Part shown: positions 11,766 through 25,793 of the stretch, piece after piece
Layout: each line of letters begins with the position of its first letter
Numbering within the stretch: the stretch's first letter is position 1
Assembly (NCBI GenBank): GCA_024137785.1
Contig: JAHRHZ010000024.1
Span: 12,979,895-13,043,894 of the forward strand
Source of the DNA: Ginglymostoma cirratum
Lineage: Eukaryota
Length of the DNA stretch: 64,000 nucleotides
Reading direction: 5' to 3'
Notes under the pieces: model-generated
What the model saw: only the letters and a program-made list of their open reading frames with translations
What the model was told of the DNA's origin: nothing
Databases searched by the model: none
Position numbers and translations under genes: made by a program

Positions 11766-14221
11766 TGTTGAAAAAAAAACTCATTCTTTAAACTTTCCAC
11801 TGACCAGTATCAATTGACTTTTGAGAAAGGTAATCCCAGATTTCCATTGCTTTTAGGACAACTAGATATTTTCATATATTTAGAGAAAATCAGTAGTTTG
11901 AGCTGTTTAAAAGGATTGTGCCCTGAAGGACAACATAAAACAGGGAATGTAATGAAGCAGCAATAAGCAATGTTAATTAGTGATTAAGTATTTGGGTATT
12001 CCCTCTCATTTAAACTTTGGCTTCTGTCAATGTAACATTTACACTGCCTCAAAGAAACCAATGACAACTTGAGGATAAAAAAATTCTTAATGAAATTTAC
12101 CATTCAGTACATCAATGCACTTACATTCAGCCAATCTACATATAACAGCATGCATAATTTAAACTGACAAATCTGTGTAGCTTGTCTCTTCTCCACAGCA
12201 GGAATCCTCTTTGGCAAAATATCACAGAACAAACTTGGATTACTAGCAGATGTACTGGACATACAGTAACACAGCATGATAATGACCAATGACTTTTTTC
12301 AGGAGAGATGACAAGGTCCCTACCAACAGGTTTCCTTCCCTTAACAGAAAGGTATCCTACAACTTTTCCATCCAAAATATGACTATTTATAGCCATGTTT
12401 CGTGGCAAATCTACAAACGTTCTCACTTATTTCATCAGAAGTAATCAAAAAATAAATGGCACTCAAAAGTGATTTGCAAGCTCATTTGTTTCAAAATCTT
12501 ATTCTTCATGCAGACCTTTCTCCACTTTGAACAAGACATTAGGAATGCATCCGCTAAAGTTAACACTCCAGAGGCTAAAATACAGAATTAAGCCCGATAA
12601 AAATATCTGGTGCCTTCGGTGTGGGAAAGGGTGGGTGGAGGTGGGGTCATGAATGGCTTTTTGTGCTCCAGCAGTTGCCCAAAAAAAGTGTACATTCCTG
12701 AGTCACCTCTTCAAGATAATGCCATATTATAGAAGACACTGCAAAGCAAAATTAACAAGATGGCCACTTCATGCAGTTAATGAGATCAGCACACACTGCG
12801 CATGATCATAATATGAGGACAACACACAGTTTTCTGCTTTCAACATTTTTAATAAACTATTTCCTGTGAAAGACAAATGAACAAACATACATATTTAGCA
12901 TGAGTACAACTAATTTTTATTTTAAAGACCGCAAATCAAGTGATCTGTATACAGGTTCTGACGTTGAATCAGCTTTGGCTCTGCTTGAAGGCACATAAAG
13001 GATCTTCTTTCTCAGCAACTGAGTATTTAAGACGAGGAAGTCTGAACTGCTTCATGCTCTGGCATGAACTCATGATCAAGTGGCTCGTGCAATACTTTGG
13101 CTCTGTTCTTTCTGGGATCATGTGATATACATGGACATTTACCACCTTTCTATCAATTTCAATCAAATCTCTTAAGTTCCTATGTCCGACATCTGTGGTT
13201 GACTGAGAACAAAACCATTTTCAGTCTGTCCTGCATTGTGCTTTCTTTTATTTGTGTCATGCTGACATTTTGACCAAGTATTTTGCATTCAACTTTCACT
13301 GACAGATTTGGCAGAATCAGACTCAAACATGTCCTTGAACTTTTTGTCAAAAGTTCGAAAGATGAATACACACTAGAGCAGTATGAGTAATGCTGTACTG
13401 CGACATTTAATTAGCCAGATATTGTTTCATACTGAAATTTGAACACCCAAGCAGCACCTGAGAGCTCTTTATTCTGTTGCCCCATTTGATGCCACATTTA
13501 GAGAGAAGCAAAGATATGTTAAATCCCATTTTGCTTCATGTAACTTTGAAATGGAGCAGAACAAATTGTTATCTTAGACAATCTCCTGCAGTAAACCATA
13601 ACAGGTAGAACTGGATTGTAACTTGTCCACTGTTCGTTCAGCTTTAGCGCTTTTACCCACAAGTTTTACCAAGGCTTGTTCCTAGTGGGTATCAATGGGT
13701 ATGAAGACATGCTTATCTGAGTTTTATAGAAGTCTATATGAAGTCTTGGAAATTGTCAATTCAACTGTGACCACAGCTGCAAAGGAGACTTCCTCTTACA
13801 GTTTTGACTTACTTTTACAGTATTTTTACAGTATTTCCTTACTTTTGATTCTAGAATATTGTCAGCCTTGCCTAGACAGATAGATCTGTTTGTTACGGGT
13901 TTCATACAGATTATTCTTGTATGTTCAGAATAGAATACTGCCAGAGTCCCTCCTCTTAAAGAGCTGGGTAACACGATAGTGTGGCCCACTGTACAGAGCA
14001 CTCCCTCCTTCACATAACTACATGTACAATAATAATGGAATGATTTCAGTTCCTTATCAGTACACTCATCAAACTCTGTCCAACCATCAATTTGTAGGCT
14101 CTTTTTAAAAAAATTTCAGCTGCAACGTCTGTTGTTGTGACTTCAAAATCATCTACTGTGCTTCTTCTGAAGATTGCACCTGCAACTTTACATCCGAGGG
14201 ATCATACAGCAAACACAACAT

Positions 14222-17115
14222 ATCATAAGACAATAAGATGCACGCATAGAACAAGGCCATTCAGCCCATCACGTCATGGCTGCCCTGACAAACTCTCAGG
14301 TCTATTTTCCTGCACTACCTCCATAGTATTTGATCCCTTTACTCAAGAAAACTCTGTCTCAGCCTTGAATATAATTAACTACCCAGCCTCAACAGCCCTT
14401 TGTGGTAAAGAATTCTACAGATTCTGTACTCTCAGGGAGAAAAAAAGTCCTCTTGTGTCTTAAATGGGCAACTTTTAATTTTGAGATTATACTCTCTGGT
14501 CCTAGGTTCTCCCTCAAAGGGAAATAAGCTTTACGCTTCTACTCTGTCAAGCTCCCTAAGAGGTTAAGTGTTTCAACAAAATTGCCACTCATTCTTCTAA
14601 ACTTCAATGAATACCAGCCCCATCTACTCAACTTCTCATCATTAGAAAATCCCTCTATATTGGGGATAAACCTAATGAACCTTCTCTGGACTGGGTGCAA
14701 TGCCTTTGCCATCTTTCCGTAGAGACAGGGACCAACATTTAACACATTTCCAGGTGTGGTCTGACTGGTGCTTTTTTTCAAAGAAGTGTCATTCTGGACT
14801 CAAAATGTCAACTATTTCTCTCTCCAGTGATGCTAACAGACCTATTGGGTTTTCCCAGTAATTTGTGTTTTTACTTCCTATTTTTATACTCCATTCCCTT
14901 TGAAATAAAGGCCATCAATCCATTTGTCTTCCTGATTTCCTGCTGAAATTGGACGCTAGCTTTTTTTGTGACTCATGCACAAGGACATCCAAATCCGTCT
15001 GTGCTTTGGTTTTCCTTCTACATTTAAGTAACATTCAGCACTTCTATTATTTCTGCTGAAAATGCACAACCTCACATTTTCCCACAATATATTCCACCTG
15101 CAAGATTTTTGCCCACTCACTTAGCCTATCTATATCCTTCTGCAGACCCCTTTTGTCAATCTCCCCTTGCCTTCACTCTTATTTTTGTGTTATCCATAAA
15201 CCTGATGATAGTACATTCACCTCTATCATCCAGGATTTTTGTATCTATTACAAATAATTGTGGCCCCTGCACGTTGATACCTGTGGTGCTCAATGTGTTC
15301 CAAGTTGCCATCCTGAAAAGTCCCCTTTAATCACAACTCTGTTCAATTAGTTAGCCAATTCTCTGTCCCTGCTAATATACTACCTCTAAACAGCATGGGC
15401 TCTTATTAAGTAACCTCGTGTACAGTATCCCATTGAACACCTTTCAGAAATGCAAGTATAATGCATCTACTGGTTCCTCTTTTTATATATATATGTATAT
15501 ATGTTACCATCTCAAAAATTAGGAATAAAGTTGTCAGGCATGATTTCCCTTTCATGAAGCCATGATGAGGTTTTTTTTGGATTTTATTATGTATTTCTAA
15601 GTGCTCTCCCATAACATATTTTGTTATAGACCCTAACGTTTTCCCAATTACATATGTTAAGCAAATTGGTCTATAGTTACCTGTTTTTCTGTCCACCACC
15701 CTTTTTGAATAACAATGTTACTTCAGCAGTTTGCAGTCTTCTGCGGCTTTTCCTGAACCTAAGGATCATTGAAAGATTCATACCAGTGCATTCGCTATCT
15801 CTGCAGTTACTTTCTGTAAAATACTAGGATGCAAACTATCAGATCCAGGGGACTTAGCAGATTTTAGCTCCATTAGTTTCTCTAGCACTTATATTCTAGT
15901 GATAGTTTTCTGCGCTTATTTTATTATCTTCCTTTAGATCCTTGATTATTTAGTACTTTTTAAATACAATTAGTGTCTTCAACACTGATGTAAAGTATTT
16001 ATTCAACTCCTCTGCTACACCCTGGTTCTCCATCATTATTTCCATAGTCTCATTCTGTAAGTGGCCTATGCCCACATACTTCTTTTTTATATATTTAAAG
16101 AAGTTCTTACTGCCTTTTTTAAAAATTACTTGCACATTTATATTTGGTTTATTTTCTCCCTATTTGTTACCTTTTTGTTCATCTTCTATTGGCTTTTAAA
16201 ACTCTCCCAGTCTTCTGATTTACCTCCAACCTTTGCCACATTTTGTCTCTTATTTTCTTTCAGTTTGATACCATCCGTATCTTGTTGGGTTAACCATTGT
16301 CAGTTTATTCCCTTCCTTCGATCCTTTTTCCTCACCGGAATATATCTTTGCTGTGAGTCATGAATGGGTTCTTACAAATCTACCATTGTTCCTCAACTAT
16401 ATTTTCTGCTAAAGGTTGTTCCCTGTCCACTGCAGCCAATTCTGCCCTCATTGCTTTGCAATTATCTTTATTTAAGTTTACTTCAGTTGTTTAGAACCCA
16501 AATTTCTCACTCTCAAACTAAATGCTAAATTGTACCACGATATAGTCAGGATTCCCCAGAGGATCTAATTACTCCATGATCCTTTTTAAATCTGCTTTAT
16601 CACACATTACCTCATCCAAAATAGCATGATCCCTGGATAGATCTATAATGTAATGTTCCAAACACACTCTATGGATTCTTCCTTGTAGCTACATTTGTGA
16701 ATTGGATTTTCTCCAAACTGCATGAAGAATAATGGCACCCATGATTAATGTACTACCTTTCCTTCATGTCCCCGTTATCTCTGATTTATTCTTTGTGCTA
16801 CCATATTGCTACTGTTTTGAGCCTTTAGACTGTTCCCATCATTGTCTTCTTCCCCATGTTTTTGCTTACCTGCGCCCATATTGGTTCTATATCTTTCCAT
16901 TTCTTGGTACCATACTTACTTATACTAGCAAAGCTACCCCACCACCCTTCCAATTTATGTCTATCCCTTCAAAAAGTCACATATTCCTGAATATTTAGTT
17001 CCCAGCATTGATTTTTATGCAACGCTGTCTCCATAATAACTATAAGGTCAAATGCAATAACCTCTATCTGCGCTGTTGATTCATTTATTTCGTTCTGAAT
17101 AATGGATGCATTTAC
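14222..17115 (-). mobile_element. CR1 LINE, most of ORF2 (APE endonuclease + RT), decayed
   Basis: NASIIQNEINE..AQIE..FDLIVIMET (APE start), KNFFKYIKKK, GNYRPICLT..GK...HGFMKGKSCLTTL (RT), VQRRFIRFIP...LSRWG.YSLKFRRM.G (C-terminus); stops and frameshifts. Confidence 0.93.
14778..14875 (+). mobile_element. Old PLE pLTR with decayed hammerhead, nested in CR1
   Basis: aagaagtgtcattctggactcaaaatgtcaactatttctctctccagtgatgctaacagacctattg. Confidence 0.6.
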
Positions 17116-17844
17116 AATCTGTTCATTTTTCACTATGTCAGAATGCTGCAGCCTTGTCACTTAAACTGTGATATACCATGTTGTGACCATATTCTGTTAG
17201 AAACGGAGCCCATAGGCACATCTTAGATTCTGCCATGGTGGGCATCGCAGACTTTGGTTCCAGAATAGCTACAAAGTTGATACGCTTCTACTAGCATTAA
17301 ATTTCTGCCAACAAGGCCTGGTACAACATTTTAGATTGAAAAGATAATTCCAAACATTTTCTTTTCTTTCTGCACACAGTTGCATTTGTGCAGCAGTTCT
17401 CTCAAACATCCTCCACTCTATGACTGATCACTGCTACAACTCTACAGTTTGAAGAATAATACCCAATCTTAAAGTCACGATGTATCAGCATTAATGAATA
17501 TTTCATCACTGGTCAGGCTTCTTTTACATGCATCATACACACTTTTTTTGTGGTTTAGCCCATTCCTATTTCATACTTTTCTTCAATAACTAATTGTGGA
17601 CCTAATGTCGCTACAAGCTCAGGCAGAAATATGTACAGTATTAAAATTCTGCCCAGAAAAGATCTATGCTCAGACACATCACTTGGCTTTGGGGCACTGA
17701 GTATCACTTCTGTCTTTCATTGGCAGAGGCACATTTTCATTGATTTTCAGGCTAGTAAATGTTACTTCAGATTGCATAAACACACCTCTCCCCTTTATAA
17801 CATCACATTTTGGTGATTGAGCCATTTTAACTTTATTAATTCAG

Positions 17845-17975
17845 CTATGAAGGTTGGGCATCAATGTCTGGGCCAGAATATTTTGTGTGTCCATAACTGC
17901 CTTCTGAAGGTGGCAGTCAAGATGTGACATTGTTTTAGGGAGGAGTCTTCAGGATTTCAACCCAACAACAGTAAC
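17845..17975 (-). mobile_element. LINE 3' tail shared with the 1638-type SINE
   Basis: Similar to 22022-22200 and the reverse complement of 55525-55712. Confidence 0.45.
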
Positions 17976-18029
17976 AATAGTGCAAAATACATCAGGTAAC
18001 AATAAGTTTCAAGTTTCAACAAGTCTCAA

Positions 18030-18730
18030 CAAGTTTCTATATAATTGAAGTAAGACATCTTATGCCTGGACTCAAATCCTCTTGTGATAAATGCCAGCAT
18101 ATCATTTTCTTTCCTAACTGCTTGCTGCACCTACATATTACCTTTCAGTGACGCATAAACAAGGACAGCCAACTGTTTCTGGGCATCAACACTTGCCAAT
18201 CTCTCACCATTTAAAATATACATTGTACCTCCATTCATGCTAGAAAAGTGAATAACCTCACACTTATTCAAATTATATTCCACCTACCATGTCCTTACCT
18301 GCTCATTCAGCCGGTTCATAATCACTTGTTGCCACTGTGCATCAACTTCACAGTACACATTTCCACCTCATTTATGCAATCCACGAATTTGGAAATATTG
18401 CATTTCATCCCCACATCCAAATTACTGCTATAGATTGAGGACAAATGGTCTGATCTTGTGGTACCCAACTTGTCACAAGCTGCCAACCTCAGAATGACCC
18501 ATTTATTCCTTCCTCTGTTTTGTTCCAGCTAACCAATCATCCAGCTACATCAGCATATTTATTCCTATACCATTTTTTCTATTTTTATTTAGTAACCTTA
18601 CGTGCGGGAGCTCATAAAAAGTCCTCTGAAAATCCAAACACTGTAACATCCTTATATACTCTGCTGGTAACATCCTCAAAGTAACTCCAACAAGTTTGTC
18701 AGACATGATTTCCTTTTATAAACCTATAAA
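18030..18730 (-). mobile_element. CR1 RT fragment
   Basis: Parallels 14880-15560 (cctcacact..., gtcagacatgatttcc = GKSCLTNL). Confidence 0.8.
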
Positions 18731-19513
18731 TCCCTGTCCCTATAGTTATTTGCTACCACAGTGTTTGTACTGCAATTCCCTCTGACTGCCAAAATTTCTT
18801 ACATATTGGGAGGCACTTGGGAAGTAAGGCGAACTAAAATGGTCAAATCACACGTTTAAAATGTGAGTGCACACTGCGCGTGTTCATAACATGTGAATAA
18901 GCCTCAGTAAGGAGGGGGAGGAGGGCATGTTGTGCTGTTAGGACAAGAAACAGCACTGGAAATAATATGCCAACATAAATCACACATCTCTCTTTTTTAA
19001 ACAAAATACCTGTAAGACACACGTGTGTAGCTGCTTCTCTGTATTCAAGTTACAAAAGAAAGACTAAAGGAAGGGATGTGACACTAAAAACAAATTTGCC
19101 TCTCTGACTAGCTCGACAAACAACTTCTCAGTTTGCACCTTTTGTGTAAAACCAGAGCTGAACAACAAAGTCCAACCAGTGCTCAGAGGATAGAATTTTT
19201 TTCCAGTCAGGCATTGAAGTTACTGGCTTTTGATCTGACATACACAGTCTAATTGTCTCAACGTCCTTTGGAGGAGGCAGCAAGAATTCTAAACACGCAA
19301 ACAGCTTTTCTCTTATTTACTTTCCATCTCCACCTAAAACATTTTAAGCATCATCTCCACAACTTTGAAAAGCTGTCAGAGTAGTGGAGTTTTACTTCAG
19401 TTAATATGTACAGATGAAACAAGCTGAAGGAAAGAGAGAAGGGAATGAGAAAAGTTCACTTAAATAACATAGCTTTGCAAGCTCAAAAAGAAATTTAGAT
19501 TTAAAAAAAAAAT

Positions 19514-19600
19514 CTGATGTGGGCGAGATTGAACCGGGAGGATCAGCCTGGGATCCTGGGTTAGTCATCCGGTGACATTGCCAATTTGTCACACCTTCCC
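19514..19600 (-). mobile_element. tRNA-derived SINE head (1638 family)
   Basis: Reverse complement ttggcaatgtcaccggatgactaacccagg...ggttcaatc resembles 1645-1720. Confidence 0.45.
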
Positions 19601-19883
19601 TCAGGGGGACAGTCTACTCAAGCTATAGATGGACACGATCATTCACATGAACGATACCTTACAGCCTATATTCCAGGTTCACTGATCACCAGCATTGGTT
19701 TGTATATCCCACTGTGGAGCAGGTATACCAGAGGTGGCAGCATAATCTTATAAAAACAAAGGGAAAGACATCGAGTTTCCTTAACATTGACTCAGAATCC
19801 ATAAAGTATCAACCTATCCTCCCGAAGCTAATGAAGCAGTACCTCTCCACGTTAAACATCACATTAGAAACAGCATTAGTTAT

Positions 19884-19955
19884 TATAGAAACAAAGAGTA
19901 GGCCATTTGGTCCTGTGAGCCTGTTCTGCCATTCAACATGATCATGATTGACCCT
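19884..19955 (-). mobile_element. Short CR1 3' tail
   Basis: atagaaac...gagtaggccatttggtcctgtgagcctgttctgccattcaacatgatcatg. Confidence 0.6.
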
Positions 19956-19969
19956 CTATCTCACCACCA

Positions 19970-20052
19970 TAAGTATTGATAATTTCAAGAAACAGATATA
20001 CTTTGAGCGATTAAGTATTGATAATTTCAAGAAACAGATATACTTTGAGCGA
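19970..20052. repeat. Perfect tandem duplication, 41-bp unit, period 42
   Basis: taagtattgataatttcaagaaacagatatactttgagcga at 19970-20010 and 20012-20052. Confidence 0.97.
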
Positions 20053-21262
20053 GGAACTTGAATATCTATTACTAAGACCATAAGCACCACTGCAGGCTGA
20101 GTCCTGAAGGATTTGCAACCAGGCTGGGCTTGCAGAAGACAGTATGAGGACCAACACGAGAACAGGAATTCTTCAGGCCAGTGTCTAAGACCTAACTGTC
20201 TTACCAAGTTCATTAGGACCCATCCCTCCATCATTGGAACATAAGCAGGGATAAGCAGGGATATGCGCTGATGATTGTCACGTTCAGCTGCCTTCACAAC
20301 TCCTTGGATAATGGAGCTTACTGCATACAGCAAGGCCTAGGTAATATTCAAGGCTGAGCTAATGGGTAGCAGGAATACTATTTATCTCTTGACAACCAGA
20401 TATTTGCCATGTCCAAGAAAAAAATCTAATCATCAATCCTTGACATTCCACAGCACTGCCATTGTCAAATCCCCCACCATTAACGTCTCCAGGGATGACC
20501 ATAAATTCAAAATAACTACAGCAATCAAAGAAAGGAGGACTGCTCAGTGACTGGGTAATCTGCAGTGAATTCCTCAAGCCCTCCACCATTAGTTAGGAGT
20601 GTGATGAATTGCCTGGATGAGAAAATCCAAGAAGCTTGAATCCATTTGGACAAACCTTACAGGCATGCACTCCCACTATGACCATTACAATATCACTGCA
20701 TTGAATACTATCAACAAGATAAACTGTAATATTTCATCAAGGGTTTTGTGACCACATCTCCCAAATCCACGGCCTCTGGTCCCTACCGCAACAGACATGG
20801 CAATACTTACCACTCACATCCTGCCCATTTTGGTCTGTTTGGCCCTAATCATGCTCCATTGACTTTATACCGGCATACAGAATTGGAAATCCTTCTCCTA
20901 ATCTCAACACTGCTTCTGGATCTTTCCAGCACTGTATCTCTGTATCTTCCATCACTCATATTCTTGGATTTGTATTGTCTATCTTTTCAACTGTAATTTG
21001 CTGAGTACTACTTCGTCTGCTTCACTGGTGTGAAGTCTTTGCCTATCATGGTGTCGAATGATTTGCTAAATATCAACCTGTTTTATGCAGTCTCAATTTT
21101 TTTCTCTGAAGGAACTTTTCATTTAGCACTTCTAATACGAGTGCCAATTTCCACATCCTTAATGTGTTTTCTGTCTTGTTATGTTAAAGGTATTGGATGT
21201 GTAGAAACCAAAGTAGTAATGGTGACTCACTTTTCTAATTTCACTAACTTGTTATTTACATT

Positions 21263-21569
21263 TGGGGTGGCACAGTAGCTCAGTGGTTAGCACTGCTGTC
21301 TCATAGTACCAGGGGCCTGGGTTCAATTCCAACCTCAGGTGGCTGTCCTTGTGGAGTTTGCACATTCTCCCTGTGTCTGTGCGAGTTTCCTCCCACATTC
21401 CAAAGATGTGCAGGTTAGGTAAATTGTCCATGCTAAATTGCCCATAGTGTTCAGGGATGTGTAGATTAGGTGGGTTACAGGGGGACAGGTCTGGGTGGGA
21501 TGCTCTGAGGTTTGGTGTGGACTCGTTGGGCCAAAAGGTCTGTTTCCACACTGTAGGGATTCTATGATG
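21263..21569 (+). mobile_element. HE1 SINE (elasmobranch V-SINE)
   Basis: tRNA head tagctcagtggttagcactgctg...ggttcaattcc, V-domain gtggagtttgcacattctccc, HER1-like tail ctgtagggattctatgat. Confidence 0.93.
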
Positions 21570-21756
21570 CCTGTGCTATTTTGTCTGTTTCTCAGTGTAA
21601 TATTCCACAGATCTGTAATGGTCTGTATAAAACATACAAAAACACAACCTGAAGTTGGTTCTTACCCTGACAGTCTCGTTCCCACCCCTATAGAGGTTTA
21701 TCCATATGTGTAACATGTTGTGAACGTGCACCCTGTGTAATGACATCTTAAACATT

Positions 21757-21943
21757 CAAAGTGCAAGAGAACTCCAGTGGGTCTGGCAGCACCTGTGGAG
21801 AGCAAAATAAAGTTAACATTGCCACCCCATATTACCGCTCAAAATGTCAACTATGTTCCTCTCTTCACAGCTGTTGCCAGACCTATTGAGTTTCTCCACT
21901 GTTTTCTCTTTCAGATTTCCAGTATCTACAGTGTTTTGCATTT
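21757..21943 (+). mobile_element. Old PLE inverted pLTR pair with tail
   Basis: gggtctggcagcacctgtggagag...gttaacatt versus aatgtcaact...cacagctgttgccagacct are inverted arms; tail cagatttccagtatctacagtgttttgc on the right only. Confidence 0.75.
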
Positions 21944-22021
21944 ATTTGTCAAGTTCTTAAACAGGTTCTGTCTTTTTACAAATGCATCCCAACTCAATGG
22001 GAGATATTTTTTAAATCTTCC

Positions 22022-22200
22022 TTCATAGGATGTGTGTATTAGTGGCTTAGGCTGGCATTGATTGCCTACCCCAATTGCCTCTGAGAAGGAGGTGGTCAGC
22101 TGTCCTCTTCATCTGCTATAGTCTTTAGAGTGTAGGCAGATCCACAGTGCTGGAAGGAAGTTCTTGGGTTCAACAAAACAACAAGCGAATGAATGGTGAT
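22022..22200 (-). mobile_element. LINE 3' tail
   Basis: ggatgtgtgtattagtggcttaggctggcattgattgcctaccccaattgcctctgagaaggaggtgg. Confidence 0.6.
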
Positions 22201-22384
22201 ATACACTTGTGATCCCACCCTACAATTAATACAAAAAGAGAGCACATATCCCACATCAAGGCAGATTTTGCAATGTCAACTAGGATAGGAATACCTTTAT
22301 CATTCCTGATCCCTAAGTTAATGCCAGGTAGATCCTCCAGGTTTAGTCTTACTTAACCTTCTGTAGCAGTTTGCTGCAACAGAG

Positions 22385-22710
22385 TAACCTGCTGGGCTAT
22401 TTCAATGGGCAGTTCAGTGTCAGTCGCATTGCTGTGGATTGAGAGTTACATGGAGTCCAGCACAGCCAAGGATGACAAATTTATTTCCCTAAAGGATATT
22501 AGTGAACTAAATGGGTTTATCTAACCATCCAGTAGTTTCATGATCACCATTACTGATGCGAGTTTTTCTTTACTTCATTCTAGATTTATTTAGTTAATGG
22601 AACTTAAATTCCCCAGCTGCTATGGTGGATTTGAATTGGTGTCTTTGCATCATTAGACAAGCCCTCAGAATTATTATTGCGCTAATGACTGTGCTGCTAT
22701 ATCCCTGGTG
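22385..22710 (-). mobile_element. tRNA-derived SINE (1638 family)
   Basis: cattgctgtgg...ttccctaaaggatattagtgaac...atggtggatttgaa is the reverse complement of the body and B box. Confidence 0.7.
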
Positions 22711-22949
22711 GTATAGAGGTAAGTCACTGCAAAGCTTAAAGAATGTTAATTTTACAACACAGCATACAGATAATAATTATGAAAGGGCCTGAATATTGGA
22801 TATTCAGAGAAAACGATGGAGATAGGCACACATTACCAGAAACATTGGAGCCTGAAAATGCCATAACGTGAATTCCATTACAACCACAAGTTTGACCATA
22901 AAATCACCAATGGTTATTTTCATGATTGGGGTGACTGTTTACAGGCTTC

Positions 22950-24960
22950 TAGGGTTCAGAACAGGTCATTTGGCCTAACTAGTCCATGCCAATCTTCATA
23001 TGCCATTGGAGCCCCTCCCAATTTTTGTGCATTTCATCAATCACTGTAACTCCCGATTCCCTTCCCTCTCAGATATTAGCTAGCTCACACTTAAACACAT
23101 CTACAGTACTTGTTTTAACTGTTCCCTGAGAAAATGAGTTCAACAACTACACCACTCCATGGATAAAAGAAGTTTCTTCTGAATTCCCTGTTGGATTTCT
23201 TGGTGGTTACCATGTATGGATGGCCTCTTTCGCACCAGAGGAAACATTCTTTCTTTCCTCTCAGTTCAAAGCCTTTGCTGATTTTAACTACCTCGATTTG
23301 ATCAACCTATAGCACACTTCTACAGAAAAGAATCACAGAATGGTTACTACACAGAAGAAAGCTGTTCAACCCATCTTGTCTATGCTAGTCCTTTGAACAA
23401 GAAATTGACCTGCAGCCATTCTCCAGTCTTCTCCCCATGGTCTTGTGGATTCTTGCTTTTCTGAAAAAGTCCAGATCCCTCTTGAATTCCTTAATTGAAC
23501 ATGCACCCACCATATTCTTAGGCAATGCAATCCAGATCCCAGCCATTGGCTGCATGAATACATTGACCATCATGTCATCATCACTTCTTTTAACAATTAC
23601 CTTGTAATACTTCTCTGAAACCCCTCCAGTGTTGCTTACATTCCTTTTATAACACAGTGACAGAAATTGTACACAGTATTCATTGTGCTGGTGAAGCGAG
23701 GTTCAATGTACGGTTGTCAAAACTTCTCTACTTTTCAATTCTGTTCTTGCAGAAACTAAGCCTAACGTTTGATTTGCTACTTTTGTCTTTGATAAATTGA
23801 TTGGTGTATTTTTACTGAGATCCCTTTATCCCACTTTCTGACCTTGAGTTGCATCTCTCTTAAAAAAAAAGTGACCCTTCTTTTTTCTTCCTTCCAAAAC
23901 ACACTAGCTCACATTTATCTATGTTGAACACCATTTAAATGTATTTGGCCATTCTGCAGGTTTATTAAGATCTTCATACAACTTGTTGCAGACGTCCTAG
24001 ATATTGTCTACTCTCACCACTTAATTTCCCCTCCCCCACTCTCTGCCATCCTTAATAACCACCTTTTATTCCCACACACTACCTGAAATCAATCCATTCT
24101 GGAAATCCATTCTGCCATGACTCCACATCCCATAACTTTACCCACAAATCTGCGGGGGACCTTATCAAAGGTCTTTTGATAACCTAGATAAATTATATTT
24201 TTGACAATATGATTGTCTAATCTGGGTCACTACCTCAAAATTTCACAAGACCTATGTATTTGCTATGTCTTCCTTCTGTTCTTTTAAAATGTATTTATAT
24301 GATCCTTTCAGGATAGGGATCTTATCCTCAGAGTTTGTTCAGTTTACTCCATACATTCATCCTTTTTAATAGCTTTAAGAGCCTTCTTCTTATCCCTCAC
24401 CTCATCACTCAATGTCATGTGTCTATCCCCTGAAACTATTGAAATCAAATAATTATTTAATTTTATTTGCTATTTTTTCCTTCAATAATTGAGGTATAAT
24501 ACCCAAGTTGTTACCTTATACATCCTCCTACTCTCAAGTTAGCCTTCCCTTTTTTTTATTGAGCTACCTGCAAAATAATTTACTCTTTTATTTTATGTTC
24601 CTTGGTAATTTAATGCGGCAATTTCTCCTTGACTTCTGAATTGCATTTGTTATTGCTTCTTTCCTAATCTCTTTCTTATCTCAATTATCACACAGTCCTC
24701 TGCTGTCTGTGCATTTAATCTATGCTTCTTTCTTGACCATCGATTGGTCTGCTATATCTTTATACATTCAAGAAGTCCCAGTAGTGTTTAGTTAGTTCTT
24801 TCCTGTTGATGGAGTATGTTATCATGGGCTCTACTTAATACCTTTTAAATGATTTTAATGCTGTTTTACATTTGAAGAAACAAAAAACGCAGCTGTCCGT
24901 TTTATTTTCGCCAAGTTCTTTCTCAGTCCCTCAAAATCAGGTTTTCTTCAATCTATTCAC
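22950..24960 (-). mobile_element. Old CR1 LINE with a second CR1 tail nested at ~23330-23610
   Basis: Tail at 22955, gaccttatcaaaggtcttttg (KAFDKV) at 24158; nested tail agaatcacagaatggttac... Confidence 0.65.
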
Positions 24961-25525
24961 CTGTCCACGAACTCCCACATTCTGCAATCCCATCACATCT
25001 GGAGAATAGTCTTATTTAATTAATTCAGCAAATTGAAGTCTTTATTTGATGATCGTTTGTAGTTATATCCAGTCATCTAAGTACTTGACCTACAATTTAA
25101 ATAGTGGTTATATTTCTGTTATCCAAGTTTAAACTACTGCTCTAGGCTAAAGGATAAATAACATTTAAAAATTCAGCAACCTTCCAACTCTACACCTAAT
25201 CATTGCCTGTAAACTTCAGTTCTCAAGTCTCCACTGGCCCCATTCCATCTCTTGTACACAGTTTTGTCAAAGACTTGACAAAGTACCTCTCCCTTCACTG
25301 GACCAAATTACTTCTGTAATTCTTTAATTAATTCCCCAAGTTAACTATGCACTGAATTGAATATGTTCTTAGCTGACCTAGGCTTCTTGCTACTTTGTAC
25401 ACCAAGGAAAACTCCTTCATTTAAGCTAGCTGAAATAGCCAAGAACTGAGCCCTTGCTGACCAGGTAAGCAGTTTGAACCATTTACTCAATTAACTAAAT
25501 ATATCCAGCTTCATTCAGGAAGTAG

Positions 25526-25793
25526 ATAACAAGGTGTAGAGCTGGATGAACACAGCAGGCCAAGCAGCATCATAGGAGCAGGAAAGCTTGACATTTTGGG
25601 CCTAGACCCTTCTTCAGAAATGGGGGAGGGGAAGGGGGTTTTGAAATAAATAGGGAGAGAGGGGGAGGCGGATAGAAGATGGAAAGAGGAGAAGATAGGT
25701 GGAGAGGAGACAGTATGAGAGAGTTGCAGTGGGAGAGAGATCCACTGAGGTTTTTCCGGAGGGAGGAGGGTAACTCCTTCAGGGTAGGCATCC
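25526..25793 (-). mobile_element. Young PLE insertion (268 bp), internally deleted, 11-bp TSD
   Basis: TSD tcaggaagtag at 25515-25525 and 25794-25804; pLTR with decayed hammerhead (GAAA to AAAA) at 25585-25620; purine-rich UTR segment. Confidence 0.9.

Larger units (their letters stand above)
19620..20790 (+). mobile_element. Fragmented old LINE (endonuclease and RT pieces)
   Basis: accagaggtggcagc...cttaacattgactcag (RGG...LNIDS); cagcaaggcctaggtaatattcaaggctgagct (Q.DL..I..WA) and later RT C-terminal pieces. Confidence 0.5.

Noticed and set aside
21263-21340. tRNA-like sequences (also 1645, 34477, 39770)
   Set aside because: SINE heads continuing into SINE bodies; no complete cloverleaf
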